Below, in pieces: positions 30,564-41,326 of a DNA stretch of 64,000 nucleotides (position 1 is its first letter; every line of letters begins with the position of its first letter). Source of the stretch: a virus (Duplodnaviria > Caudoviricetes); the IMG/VR virus record IMGVR_UViG_3300028886_000001. One strand, written 5' to 3'. The position numbers and the translations under genes were made by a program. Under the pieces are notes generated by a model that saw only the letters and a program-made list of their open reading frames with translations, was not told the DNA's origin and did no database searches.

Positions 30564-32744
30564 TTAAACTGTTGTATTTGAACTAGAATTTTCATTTCCT
30601 AGTACATATACTTTAATATATTCAGATTGAATGAAGTCTCTACATTGTACTTTTAATGCTGCATAGAATATCTTATTAGCTACCATAGTTTCATCTTGGA
30701 TATAAGTTAAAGCTAAAGTAGTAAAGTTAGTCATATAGCTATTAAGTAATGTATTTACATCATTTTGATAAGTTTGTAAATCTGTTTGGTCTAAGAATGA
30801 ATATCTATTCTTTGGACAATACTTTCTTATAGCTTTTACAACTTCTTGTATAGCAAGAACGTTATTAATATAAGAAAGTTGAGAATTTACATCTTGAGAA
30901 GTAAATATAGTTTCTAAAGTTAATGTATTATTAATATAAGAAGCATAGTTTACTCTCATATCATATAACTTTTCTTTATTATTCTTCTTAGGAGTAACAG
31001 TAGGAATGAAATTAACTGTTCCTTTAATTGCTTCAGGAATTGTAGCTCCATTTCTTGAACCAGCAGCTGGTAATATTCTACCATTTCTAAATATATTTAT
31101 CATGATTCTTGTTAAGCTATATCCAACAGTAACAGATATTTGTCTCTTACTGAAAGGATCTACTATATCATAAGATAAATGATAGTTAGCTATATATCTG
31201 CTCTTTGAGTAGTTTTCAGATATACTCTTTATAGCTTCTACTGTCTTTACATTTAATCCCATATCTCTAAGATATACGAAATCTTCTCTATAATCTGCTA
31301 AGTCAGCTATAGCTTTCTTAGTATTCTTAGGGAAGTTAGCATCAACACAAAGGTCAATTGGATAATTATCTAAATCATAGATATCATCAGTTACATCTCC
31401 ATTGAAGAATTTAGTCATTGCTCTTTCATATGGTGTATCATCTTCAGAACTGAATGGTGCATCTCCTAATTCACCATTATCACCATTATCTAAAGTTAAA
31501 CCATAAGTATAACTTAAGTTTACTGTATCAGTACCAACTTTTGAATCATCAGTATCTACAGTAATAACTGGTATAGCATCTCCATTTTTTGTATTACCGA
31601 ATAATATATCTTGATGTAAGAAATATTCAGCAGTATAATCAGTAGATACATTTGGTACATTAGCTACTAAATCTGCAATCTTAGTAGTAAATGCGTTTAT
31701 TTTATCTTCATATTCTTTAGCTTGAGATTGTTCTGAATAGTTCTTAATAACGTTTTGAATAGATTTATTTATACCTTCTGTATCAGATACAACTGCACAG
31801 TCTAGTGTAAAGTCTATCTTTTCAAGAACATCATTTCCTTCCATTATCCAGATATAGTATTTGATTTCATCAGAATACTTACTGTTTATATAGTCAGGAA
31901 TAATTCTGAATTTCTTAGCACTCTTACCTCTACCATTATCAGTTATAGTAAATAATGGATATAAGAATGTGCCTTCTTCAGTTTCACTTTCAGCTTTAGA
32001 ATATTTAGCTTTAATAGCATTAGCTACTTCATCAACATTTCTCATATTTTCAATAGAATCTGTAATATAAGATATATTAACTCCTGTAACAGTAGTTGAT
32101 TCTACTTGAATTGGATCTGCTGGAATCATTGGTCGTACTGTAGTTTCTAATCCTGTATTAGGATCTAGATATAATACATTATCTGATTCATTTGTCTTAG
32201 TAACAGCTAAAGGAACTGCATCTTCAGATGGTTTAACTGGTGTTCGTAATCCAGTTGAAGGATCAAGATATAATGGTTGTCCAGCTTCATTAACAACAGT
32301 TATTTTTATAGGATCTGCTCCTATAGTTGGTTGTGTTGTTGTTTCTAATCCTGTTACTGGATCTTTGTATAGTTTCTTACCATCAGCATCTACTTTATCT
32401 GTATAAGTCTTTTCAACTTTTTGAGATACTTTAGCAACAACAGTTTTGTTAGCTAGTGCAGCATCATCTGCTACTATTCTCTTTGCCAAAACAACTCCAC
32501 CATTGTTTACAATATAAGCAGCTTGTAGTAATGGTTGTCCATGTTTAGCAAAAGAAATATTATTTCCGTATCTATTGAAGAATGTATTTCTTGTACTTAC
32601 CATCATTTCTTCTGGACCTTTATCAGATGTAAAAGCTGTAAAGAACAATGGAACTTCATAAATACTTGTAGTATTTACATTACCGATTTGAGATTGGTCT
32701 ACCCATTCAATTTGAGTATTAGGGTATCTATAAATATTAGCCAT
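30564..32744 (-). CDS. Contractile tail sheath protein
   Basis: YP...IEWVDQS, SDKGPE, HGQPLLQA, AKRIVA.DA, C-terminal LYDMRVNY...SQ...SQLSYINNV. Late promoter at 32802-32813. Confidence 0.85.
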   Translation of the reverse strand: MANIYRYPNTQIEWVDQSQIGNVNTTSIYEVPLFFTAFTSDKGPEEMMVSTRNTFFNRYGNNISFAKHGQPLLQAAYIVNNGGVVLAKRIVADDAALANKTVVAKVSQKVEKTYTDKVDADGKKLYKDPVTGLETTTQPTIGADPIKITVVNEAGQPLYLDPSTGLRTPVKPSEDAVPLAVTKTNESDNVLYLDPNTGLETTVRPMIPADPIQVESTTVTGVNISYITDSIENMRNVDEVANAIKAKYSKAESETEEGTFLYPLFTITDNGRGKSAKKFRIIPDYINSKYSDEIKYYIWIMEGNDVLEKIDFTLDCAVVSDTEGINKSIQNVIKNYSEQSQAKEYEDKINAFTTKIADLVANVPNVSTDYTAEYFLHQDILFGNTKNGDAIPVITVDTDDSKVGTDTVNLSYTYGLTLDNGDNGELGDAPFSSEDDTPYERAMTKFFNGDVTDDIYDLDNYPIDLCVDANFPKNTKKAIADLADYREDFVYLRDMGLNVKTVEAIKSISENYSKSRYIANYHLSYDIVDPFSKRQISVTVGYSLTRIMINIFRNGRILPAAGSRNGATIPEAIKGTVNFIPTVTPKKNNKEKLYDMRVNYASYINNTLTLETIFTSQDVNSQLSYINNVLAIQEVVKAIRKYCPKNRYSFLDQTDLQTYQNDVNTLLNSYMTNFTTLALTYIQDETMVANKIFYAALKVQCRDFIQSEYIKVYVLGNENSSSNTTV

Positions 32745-32821
32745 GTTTATACCTCCTTTAATTTCAATTAATAGAATTAATCAACTTTATTAATTAAATC
32801 TTATTCTTATGTTATTTTACA

Positions 32822-33544
32822 CTAAGTAGTTAGCAAGTTCTCCAATGGAACATATCTTGTGTTTTTGTTCATAGATGCGTTTAGGATGCCTTCATCCCAA
32901 ACTTCACTAGTAATAGAGGTATAGGCAGTTATATATTTAGGTATAAGTCTAATATTAATACATATATATTCATTCATATTATTCATATTAGAATATCTAA
33001 ATGGTCTCTTTACATTATTAGGATCTCTAGCCATTTCTGATACTATAATACCATACATCTGCATATTTAATCCATAATCTCCTCCATTCATACGGACATT
33101 ATTAGGGAAATATTCATGTAGTTTATCATATGGTATAGTAGTAGGTAAATCGCCAGTCAATAATAATCTAAAAAATGTTTCTGCATTAGAAACCATCTCT
33201 GGTACATGTATAGAAGATATAACTTCATCACCTTTTTTAAACTTTAATATCCTATAGTCCTTAGCTTCTATATACTTTGTAAGCTTTACATTCTTTAATT
33301 TCTCTATACTATTAGGCTTACACATAAACATAGTAGGACAATTGAATCTTTTTAATCCTTTAGTCTTACCATTAGTATCAAATATAGCATAATCTAATAT
33401 ACCAAGTAAAGTTACATACTCACCATTTATTTCAGCTATATCTTTAGTAAAATAGCTTTCTGGTACATAGTATATAAGTTCTCCTTCTTGATTAAATAAT
33501 ATTCTCTCTCCATCTTTTTTTAAGAATGATGGTATCTTGCTCAT
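32822..33544 (-). CDS. Probable virion RNA polymerase beta' C-terminal piece (phiKZ gp96-like)
   Basis: GIIVSEMARD and TSITSEVWDEGILNA resemble beta' EVIVRQM and SAASFQETTRVLTEAA. Late promoter at 33576-33587. Confidence 0.55.
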   Translation of the reverse strand: MSKIPSFLKKDGERILFNQEGELIYYVPESYFTKDIAEINGEYVTLLGILDYAIFDTNGKTKGLKRFNCPTMFMCKPNSIEKLKNVKLTKYIEAKDYRILKFKKGDEVISSIHVPEMVSNAETFFRLLLTGDLPTTIPYDKLHEYFPNNVRMNGGDYGLNMQMYGIIVSEMARDPNNVKRPFRYSNMNNMNEYICINIRLIPKYITAYTSITSEVWDEGILNASMNKNTRYVPLENLLTT

Positions 33545-33658
33545 ATATATTCACCTTCCTTTTAATTTACTTATATAAATGTGTGTTAAATATTTAAACA
33601 TATAAATAAAATTGTAATTAATATAAAATGTTTAACTCCTTCCTTAATATTTTAAAAA

Positions 33659-33695
33659 CCCAGTAAGCTATTATAAGCTTACTGGGATATTTTTG
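33659..33695. terminator. Hairpin terminator
   Basis: CCCAGTAAGCT-loop-AGCTTACTGGG. Confidence 0.7.
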
Positions 33696-33697
33696 TC

Positions 33698-34693
33698 TTA
33701 TATAGAAGGTGTTGTCAATATAACGATATCTCTAATATTAGCTATAGGAACTCTAATCATAGAATGTTCAAAATGTTCTGAGCAATCTACTACTAGACTA
33801 TATAGCTTACTATTATCAGATGATCTTATTATCTTTACTATCTTACCATAAACATGTTGAAGTTTTAATAGACTTGTATCTACATAATACATTTCTATTA
33901 TGTTTCCTTCTCTTATTATGATTTCTTTACATTCATTAGAAGCATATACAAATCTTAATCTTACAGATAAGATTGTTTCTTGTTCTACAAACATAACTGC
34001 TGTCTTATAAGATTCATTATTATCATTCATAGGTCTATTATCAAATGGTGTATTTGGATTATGATATCCACAATTACTATCATAATCATGACAATGATTA
34101 TGGTGATGATGACTATGGCATTTATCATATCCATGTGCATCATTATGATATACTGTTCTTGTATATTGTTCTCCATAACCATTATAAGACTCTGGTGTAT
34201 GAGTATGACCTTCTTCATAATCACATCCATATACATTATTAGGATCAAACAATGTATCATTTCCATCTTTATCATATCTATGGAATTGATTATGTTCATT
34301 ATAATCGTTAGGTGGTGGTGGATTATGATCTAAGGGACATCTATGAGGTGGTTCTGAAGCATAGTGATCATGACTACAACCATACTTGCTACAGTCTGGT
34401 CCTAATTTGAATTCTTTCATAAATATAGGATCATTAGGCTTTGGTGGTTTACATCTTCTATGATGATCTCTATGTAATATATGCATATATTCTCTATGAC
34501 TTAATGGTCTCATAGGAGTGCAAGGTGTTTCTACTTTATAAGCACTTTCAGGTATTTCTATGTCCTCTATAATATCTTCTTTAGGAATAGGGTCTATTGT
34601 TAAATCTGTAGATCCTTCGTTATTATTTCCAGTAGATGGTTGTTCCTCGGTTGGGTTCTCATCTACTGGAGTATTTTTATTTTCTTCATCCAT
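33698..34693 (-). CDS. His/Cys/Pro-rich protein with globular C-terminal domain
   Basis: Start MDEENK after SD GGAGG. Central HSHHHHNHCHD and many further His/Cys residues. Confidence 0.7.
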   Translation of the reverse strand: MDEENKNTPVDENPTEEQPSTGNNNEGSTDLTIDPIPKEDIIEDIEIPESAYKVETPCTPMRPLSHREYMHILHRDHHRRCKPPKPNDPIFMKEFKLGPDCSKYGCSHDHYASEPPHRCPLDHNPPPPNDYNEHNQFHRYDKDGNDTLFDPNNVYGCDYEEGHTHTPESYNGYGEQYTRTVYHNDAHGYDKCHSHHHHNHCHDYDSNCGYHNPNTPFDNRPMNDNNESYKTAVMFVEQETILSVRLRFVYASNECKEIIIREGNIIEMYYVDTSLLKLQHVYGKIVKIIRSSDNSKLYSLVVDCSEHFEHSMIRVPIANIRDIVILTTPSI

Positions 34694-34794
34694 AATTTTA
34701 ACCTCCTTATAAATATATTTATAAGATCTTAAGACCTTTACTATATTGTTCACGTTTATATGCATGAATCAGTATAGTAAAGGTCTAGTTAAAA

Positions 34795-35916
34795 CTACTG
34801 TTTCTTTATTCCATTTTCTCTTATTAACTTAATTACTTCTTTTATATTATCTAATATTTCATTTCTAAAGTCACTCTTATCTGTCATGAATTCTAAATCT
34901 GCTATTAGTAATAGAGTATAATACATATAAGCATGCTCTACTAAATTATCTGGATGCATGTTTAATGTAATTCTCATAAATAAGATAAAGAATTCTTTTA
35001 TCTCATCTGCAGTATACTCTTCAACAGGTAATACTTTAGCTAATACTCTAGAAACAAGATTTATATCTTTAATTACCATCTTTGAATCTTTATATTTGTA
35101 ATTAAAGCTTGTACACATTCTATCGAAGTGTTTTAAATCCTTATCTAGTCTTCTTGCTACTTTATCTCCATTAGTTAAAGCTTCTTTTTGAAGTCTATAT
35201 GAATAAGAATCAATAAAACTAGCTTTTATCTCTCTAAACTTTTGAGCTTTATCAGGGAACTTCTCATCTAATTTCTTAGCATCATTTTCTAATGTAACAG
35301 TCATTCTTTCTTTTAATTCATCACCATACATATTAGCAAAGTTAAGTTTATCTATTTCATTAGTCAATGATTCTTGGAAGTCTATATATTCTTTATCCAT
35401 TAATAGATTAGATGCAAATTGTTCTATTAATATCTTAGCAGCAGCACCTAATTCTCTCATATCTGTAGATTGAGCCATGTTTCTTACTGTTTGTTGTAGA
35501 GATTCTGGCATAGCATTATATATACTAAACTTTTCTCCGTCTCTATATCTTTTTATTATACTTAGAATACAAGCAGCATCTTCATCTGATAAGTCATATA
35601 ACTTTTTATCATCATCAGATATTTCCATATCATCTGTAACTTGTTCCATCGGACTCTTATGTTCATCTACTAAATCTTCTAATGGTACTTGTTTAAAATC
35701 ATCAGCTTCATCTACAGGTCTAAATTGTTTTTCACCTGTTACTGGATCTACTGTTACTAATGCTTCTCCTTCTACTAGTTCTTTCTTAGTTTCTTCTTGT
35801 TTTACTTCTGGTTCTTTAGGACGACATTCAGAAGCAGTTTTTAATATTTCATTCATTTGAGCTTCTGTTAAATCATTAATATTAATTTGTCCTGCAGTAT
35901 TATTATTATTTTCCAT
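34795..35916 (-). CDS. Hypothetical protein
   Basis: 373 aa, SD AGGAG. Confidence 0.7.
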   Translation of the reverse strand: MENNNNTAGQININDLTEAQMNEILKTASECRPKEPEVKQEETKKELVEGEALVTVDPVTGEKQFRPVDEADDFKQVPLEDLVDEHKSPMEQVTDDMEISDDDKKLYDLSDEDAACILSIIKRYRDGEKFSIYNAMPESLQQTVRNMAQSTDMRELGAAAKILIEQFASNLLMDKEYIDFQESLTNEIDKLNFANMYGDELKERMTVTLENDAKKLDEKFPDKAQKFREIKASFIDSYSYRLQKEALTNGDKVARRLDKDLKHFDRMCTSFNYKYKDSKMVIKDINLVSRVLAKVLPVEEYTADEIKEFFILFMRITLNMHPDNLVEHAYMYYTLLLIADLEFMTDKSDFRNEILDNIKEVIKLIRENGIKKQ

Positions 35917-35931
35917 TTTCTGTACTCTCCT

Positions 35932-36711
35932 TTATATTAAACTATCTATATTCATATCTTCTACCATAGAGCAATTTTGTAATTCTAATTGTATATTAGA
36001 AAGTATAATTGATCTTATTGGAGATGATAGAATTGGAACTATTATTGTTTTATAGAAATCTCTATTAGGCATAAATATACTCTGTAAGAATTTAGATATA
36101 TTTTTATCGGCATATATTATATTAAGTATTATGTCAAATGATATATCTAAAGCCATCATTTGATTTACTACATAATCTATATTAGCAGATATAATAGCTA
36201 TCTTATTATTCTTATATAGCTTCTTAGAATAGATAGTTAGACTATCTTTTTCTTTTCTAAGTTCTTCTAATCTAAATGCTTCATATAAAGAATTCTTCTC
36301 TTTTATTATATAATTAGTATAGAATGCAGTTACATTCTTATCGAATGAAGATATTAATAAATCATATAAGTAATATGCAGCAGAATACTTATCTTGTATA
36401 TCATCTAAGTTATAGAATATATCAAATTTACTACATATTATCTCTATGCATTTACTATATACTTCATCTCTCTTATTTTTTATAGCTGCCATAGATTCTG
36501 TATCTGAATATATAGCAGATAGTTGTTTAAAGTAATCTTCAAATGATACTATTATATTTGGTTTATCTGTATTATAATATGTATACATGGTATTTATATT
36601 ATCCTCTATTAGACTATATAACAAGTCTTCATTTGATTGTGCTAGTATTATATTGATTTCGTTTTCTGTTTGTATATTGTACATTGTTGGATCTGACATG
36701 AATGAACTCAT
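35932..36711 (-). CDS. Hypothetical protein
   Basis: Start MSSFMS after SD AGGAGG. Late promoter at 36739-36750. Confidence 0.7.
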   Translation of the reverse strand: MSSFMSDPTMYNIQTENEINIILAQSNEDLLYSLIEDNINTMYTYYNTDKPNIIVSFEDYFKQLSAIYSDTESMAAIKNKRDEVYSKCIEIICSKFDIFYNLDDIQDKYSAAYYLYDLLISSFDKNVTAFYTNYIIKEKNSLYEAFRLEELRKEKDSLTIYSKKLYKNNKIAIISANIDYVVNQMMALDISFDIILNIIYADKNISKFLQSIFMPNRDFYKTIIVPILSSPIRSIILSNIQLELQNCSMVEDMNIDSLI

Positions 36712-36783
36712 AAATTTATATCCTCCTTTTATTAAATATATTAATGTGTTTATGCCATGGTAAAAAAAGACAAGCATAGAGAT

Positions 36784-38841
36784 TTACTCTATGCTTGATG
36801 ACTTATTAAATTTATCCATATATGCTGTTTCGTATCCTTTTCTATGAGCTTTTATAGAGAATTGGAATTCGAAGTTATCTACTGATGATTCTAATACGAA
36901 ATAATCTTTAGACTTTTCTTTGATTCTATAATCACCGAATGATATCTTATATATGTCTACTATATAATCATTCTCTAAATCTACACTCTCTTTAAACATT
37001 GGATCTATTTCTATTTTTATTTCCTTAGACTTTCCTGTATTACATGATTTTAATTTGTTAGTCCAAGTTAATAAAGACTCTGCATCTTCTGTACTATAGA
37101 ATAATATATCCCCATAAGACTCTGTATGTTGTACACAGTTCTTAGAACCAGTTACAGATAAACATCTAGCAGTTATAGAAGAACCTGTTAAAGTTAGCGA
37201 TGGAGCAGTAGCAGAATCATAATTACCTATAATTATTTCTCCAGGGTTACCAGATCCATGGTATAGTGTACGTATTACTGGTCCTATACCGTCACCATTT
37301 ATTGTTCCAGATAAAGTTATTGACTTAGCATTTATATTAAGATCTAAATTCCTATCACCTATAGTCCAAAAGTTAGGATATCTAGATGCTGTATTACTAC
37401 TATTATAATTATAATGTACATCTATTAACGTATTATTTGTATTTTCTACTCTATTATTAGCATTATCATAAGAAGGAGCTATTAGCTTATATCCATTATC
37501 AACATAGAATGAACCACTCATAGGTTTACCATTAGCATTACCAGATGATTTTATATAAGTATCGCCTATATAACCACCATAGTTATATTGAGTTAATATA
37601 GTTCCACTATTAACTCTTGCTGCTGTACAATCTAATTGAAGTTCTTTGCCTGATGCACCAACATGTAATACTCCAGAACTATATTGTAATAGAGTTCCAG
37701 CTCCATCATTACTACTAGAAGATATATAAGCATCTTCATCTAAAGCAATATAAGAATTAGAATCTATTTTTAAAGCACTTGAAACATTAATTTCTTTTTG
37801 AGTATTACCTAATTGGATATATTTATCTTTTTCTTCTAATAGTATATCATTTAAATTAGAACTCCTAATACCAGCATCCTTAGTTATATATAAAGCACCA
37901 TTAAATGGATTAGCAGCTCCACTATATACTCTATTAGCAGGTATTTTGGCTGTCTTAGATAGATATACATCATCTAAAGTACTATTATAGTTATTAGTAT
38001 TTAATATCTTATATCCATTATACTTTAGATCTCCACTTCCCAATATAGATGTATTTATAGAACTATTACCTAATTCTACAGTACTATTTATAAGAGATAA
38101 TGCCATATAAGTATTATCTCCATCAGCCATGTATAATTTAGATTTCTCCATAACTACATCATTTAATAAATGTAATGGTTTACTATTATTACCTAGATAG
38201 ATGTATTTATCTTTTTCTATTAAGATATCATTATTAGATGATGATTTAATACCAGTATTAGCATTAAAATATATATCTGAAGCTATATTAATCTTACTCT
38301 TATTATCTCCTATAGTTATATTCTTTTGATTATCTCCTGTAATAAGATTATATACCGATGTAGGATTATCTCCTACTACTATATCTCCACCATAAGATAG
38401 CATAACTCTTTGTATTTTAGTATTTCTTATATTATCTTCTGTAAGAAATACAAAATCTTTATTCATCTTAGGATCTTTATAGAATGGAGTAGTACTAGCA
38501 GATAAATATAATTTAGAAGAAGTATCTCCTAAATTTATAGTATTATTAGTAGAATCAGATTGTAATAAGATTAGATTAGTATTATCTGATTTAGCACCGT
38601 ATATAGTATTAATATCTTTATTAGCTAGATATAATTTACCAGTAGATATAGATACATCTCCAGATATAAGACCTCCTGTTTTATCATACTTTGTTTCCTT
38701 TAATTTATCCCAAGAAGTAGTTTGTTCATCTGTTACTAATCTATGATCTTTATCTTGAATAATATTTTCACCCTTAGTTATAGGGTAATAGATCTTATTA
38801 TTAGCTTTATTTCTTAATAAAGTATTTATAGAATTACTCAT
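36784..38841 (-). CDS. Tail fibre / receptor-binding protein A
   Basis: KYDKTGGLISG fibre motif, Gly/Asn/Ser beta repeats, C-terminal GSKNCVQHT.SYG domain of the kind found in Firmicute phage fibres. Confidence 0.7.
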   Translation of the reverse strand: MSNSINTLLRNKANNKIYYPITKGENIIQDKDHRLVTDEQTTSWDKLKETKYDKTGGLISGDVSISTGKLYLANKDINTIYGAKSDNTNLILLQSDSTNNTINLGDTSSKLYLSASTTPFYKDPKMNKDFVFLTEDNIRNTKIQRVMLSYGGDIVVGDNPTSVYNLITGDNQKNITIGDNKSKINIASDIYFNANTGIKSSSNNDILIEKDKYIYLGNNSKPLHLLNDVVMEKSKLYMADGDNTYMALSLINSTVELGNSSINTSILGSGDLKYNGYKILNTNNYNSTLDDVYLSKTAKIPANRVYSGAANPFNGALYITKDAGIRSSNLNDILLEEKDKYIQLGNTQKEINVSSALKIDSNSYIALDEDAYISSSSNDGAGTLLQYSSGVLHVGASGKELQLDCTAARVNSGTILTQYNYGGYIGDTYIKSSGNANGKPMSGSFYVDNGYKLIAPSYDNANNRVENTNNTLIDVHYNYNSSNTASRYPNFWTIGDRNLDLNINAKSITLSGTINGDGIGPVIRTLYHGSGNPGEIIIGNYDSATAPSLTLTGSSITARCLSVTGSKNCVQHTESYGDILFYSTEDAESLLTWTNKLKSCNTGKSKEIKIEIDPMFKESVDLENDYIVDIYKISFGDYRIKEKSKDYFVLESSVDNFEFQFSIKAHRKGYETAYMDKFNKSSSIE

Positions 38842-38923
38842 TATATTCCCTCCTTTTGTATATATATTATAAAAATGTTGAAAATAAAGAGAATGGGAGT
38901 TTAGCCCCATTCTCTTTAATATA

Positions 38924-40453
38924 TTAACTTACACTTAATCTTAATATTGTTACTTCTCCAGTTACACCGTAATAATATGAGCTATTCCAATAGCATACAT
39001 ATGTTGATTCTCCTTTATTCATTGTACGTTCAGTATATCCAGATTGATCTTGTGAGCTTGCAATAACAGCATAACTATAAGAATATCCACCTACGTGTAT
39101 TGTATGACCAGTATTTGATCCATTAACTCCAGTACAACGCACTAGAAATAAATATATACCTTTAACTGGAGCAACAAATTTCAATACTTTTTGAGATGAA
39201 TTAGCACTAGCTGTAACCGTAGAACAACAAGAATTATAATTATAATTAGATGTATTTATACCATTAGCATTAGTTACAGAACCAGCAAACATTAGTGTGC
39301 TTGTAGTATTTAATTTACTATTTATCTTATAATCAATATCTGATGGTGATTCTGTATAGTCAGTAACTTTATTTCCTTTTTCTAATTTTAAATAACGTAT
39401 TATAACTAAATATCCTCCAGCTGTACTATTTGATCCTTCATGTCTTAATCCGCCTTGTGCTGAAGTAAATCCATTATTAGGAGTTGTAAATGTATAACCA
39501 TGTACAGCACCATCAAAAGTTAAACCAAACTGCTGACTGCTTATAGTCTTTCCATCTTTCATATATTCAAATACCCAACTTGCACCTTTTACATTATTTT
39601 CTTTAGTACATATTAAAGATAATGTATATTGAGTATTTGGAGATAGAGCCATAGATGTCCATAAACCTCCAGGTGATGTTGAAGAGTTTTGAATAGCTGT
39701 ACCACCAGTTACAGCAAGGTTATAATGGCTACAACCACCCCACCACCAATATCCTCTAGGAGTAGCTACATTACCATCTGTAAAGTTACCATTGTTAATG
39801 TAATTTCTTCCACCGATATTAAGGTTTCCAGTGTGATAAATATCATGTTTATTACCGCTTGTATCTAAATATTGTGGTGTAACTGAACTTCTAATCCAAG
39901 TAGGAATATTGGTGCCTCCTAAATAACAAGCATCAGATATTACAGCTATTCTCTGTTCTGCACCATTAGAATCTTTACCATATATCCCTTTTCCATTAGA
40001 AAATGTTAATTCAGAATTATTAAATATTACCTTTTTCGAAAATGTTGTTTGCTTACCTACTTCAAAAGTCCAATCATTATTAACTTTCCAAATAGGTTCT
40101 TTGTTAGTAGGATCCCATAATCCTATTATAGTAAGAGAGTCTGTAGAATTTCCTTTGTAAAAATAAGTTTGTAACTTAGACTTACCACAATTATTAAAGG
40201 TTAAATGTTGTTCTGATGCAGCATTTAATACTAGATCACCAGTAAGGTTTCCTCCGCTTAATGGTAAATAATTATGCGTATGTCCTAATTTGCTATAAAC
40301 ACTATCATGGTTATGTGTGCTACTAGCTTTTGAATCTAAAGTAGTTTGAAGATTGTTTACGTCTGATATATTGTGTTTATGTGAATCTAATTTCTTATTT
40401 AATTTTAATATACGACTTAGTATATTCTTTATTGCATCTTTAGAAATTATCAT
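38924..40453 (-). CDS. Fibre protein with carbohydrate-binding-like domain
   Basis: HKH.ISDV..LQ, HNHD..Y, YLPLSGG.LTG, IYHTGN, IGGRNYI.N...KLEKGNK.TDY..SP.D. Confidence 0.75.
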   Translation of the reverse strand: MIISKDAIKNILSRILKLNKKLDSHKHNISDVNNLQTTLDSKASSTHNHDSVYSKLGHTHNYLPLSGGNLTGDLVLNAASEQHLTFNNCGKSKLQTYFYKGNSTDSLTIIGLWDPTNKEPIWKVNNDWTFEVGKQTTFSKKVIFNNSELTFSNGKGIYGKDSNGAEQRIAVISDACYLGGTNIPTWIRSSVTPQYLDTSGNKHDIYHTGNLNIGGRNYINNGNFTDGNVATPRGYWWWGGCSHYNLAVTGGTAIQNSSTSPGGLWTSMALSPNTQYTLSLICTKENNVKGASWVFEYMKDGKTISSQQFGLTFDGAVHGYTFTTPNNGFTSAQGGLRHEGSNSTAGGYLVIIRYLKLEKGNKVTDYTESPSDIDYKINSKLNTTSTLMFAGSVTNANGINTSNYNYNSCCSTVTASANSSQKVLKFVAPVKGIYLFLVRCTGVNGSNTGHTIHVGGYSYSYAVIASSQDQSGYTERTMNKGESTYVCYWNSSYYYGVTGEVTILRLSVS

Positions 40454-40480
40454 TTGTTGTCACCTCGTTTTACAAAATTT

Positions 40481-40513
40481 AAATGACTATAGACGAATCT
40501 ATAGTCATTTTTT
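40481..40513. terminator. Hairpin terminator
   Basis: AAATGACTATAGA-cgaa-TCTATAGTCATTT. Confidence 0.7.
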
Positions 40514-40528
40514 ATTTATATAGTTATC

Positions 40529-41272
40529 TTAAACTTGATTTTCATTTTGTACTTCAGCCCATAGACTATCTATAGTAGATGAAGTAATTTCAGTTGTATC
40601 TATATCTCCAACTTTAAGTAACTTAGTGCCACCATAAGTAGGATTTCCAGTTTCATCTTCAGATAATTTAGCTAATTGAGCTGCATTATCATGAGTATGA
40701 GAAGTTCCTTGTAATGTAGTGATATCAGTTCTTAATCCAGCTAGTTTATCAGTTAAATCTTTATTTAACTTCTTTTCTGCTATAGAACCATCTACTAATT
40801 CAGCAGAGATAGCTTTTGTACTGCCATCTACAGCTACTTTGATTTCAGTTCCAGTACTTCCTACATAAGTATCAATGAATGCTGACATAGATACTTCTTT
40901 AGTAGTACCATCTTCTAAAGTAAGAACTAATTTTTCTGATTCTGCATTGTAATCAAAATTAGTAACTACCTTTTCTAATAATGTATCAATAGTATCAGAC
41001 TTACCATCTTTCTTATTGATAGTAATTATACCTGTCTTACCATCTATAGATAATCCAGTTACATAGTCTGTTGGTACAGATGGTAATGCTATATTAGTAG
41101 CTTCTCCTGCTACAGGTGTAACTACTATACTATTACCATCTTCACTTAGTGCTACAGTATTTACAACACCATTAACTGTAGTTTGTAGAGCACCGATAGC
41201 ATCAGAATTGACTTTATCAGCCCCTTGAATCTTTCTTAACAAGCTCTTTAAAGCATCTTCAGTAATGATCAT
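40529..41272 (-). CDS. Fibre / decoration protein
   Basis: Beta-repeat fibre pattern (LVLTLEDGTTKEV, HTHDN..L.KL). Confidence 0.65.
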   Translation of the reverse strand: MIITEDALKSLLRKIQGADKVNSDAIGALQTTVNGVVNTVALSEDGNSIVVTPVAGEATNIALPSVPTDYVTGLSIDGKTGIITINKKDGKSDTIDTLLEKVVTNFDYNAESEKLVLTLEDGTTKEVSMSAFIDTYVGSTGTEIKVAVDGSTKAISAELVDGSIAEKKLNKDLTDKLAGLRTDITTLQGTSHTHDNAAQLAKLSEDETGNPTYGGTKLLKVGDIDTTEITSSTIDSLWAEVQNENQV

Positions 41273-41326
41273 ATAAACCACTCTCCTTTTATCTTATGTA
41301 TAAATTAAGGTTTATTTATAGATAAA

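Noticed and set aside
33980-34333. Overlapping Ile/Met-rich and His-rich ORFs in other frames
   Set aside because: They are shadow frames of the CAT/GAT-rich low-complexity gene and have no SD or promoter.
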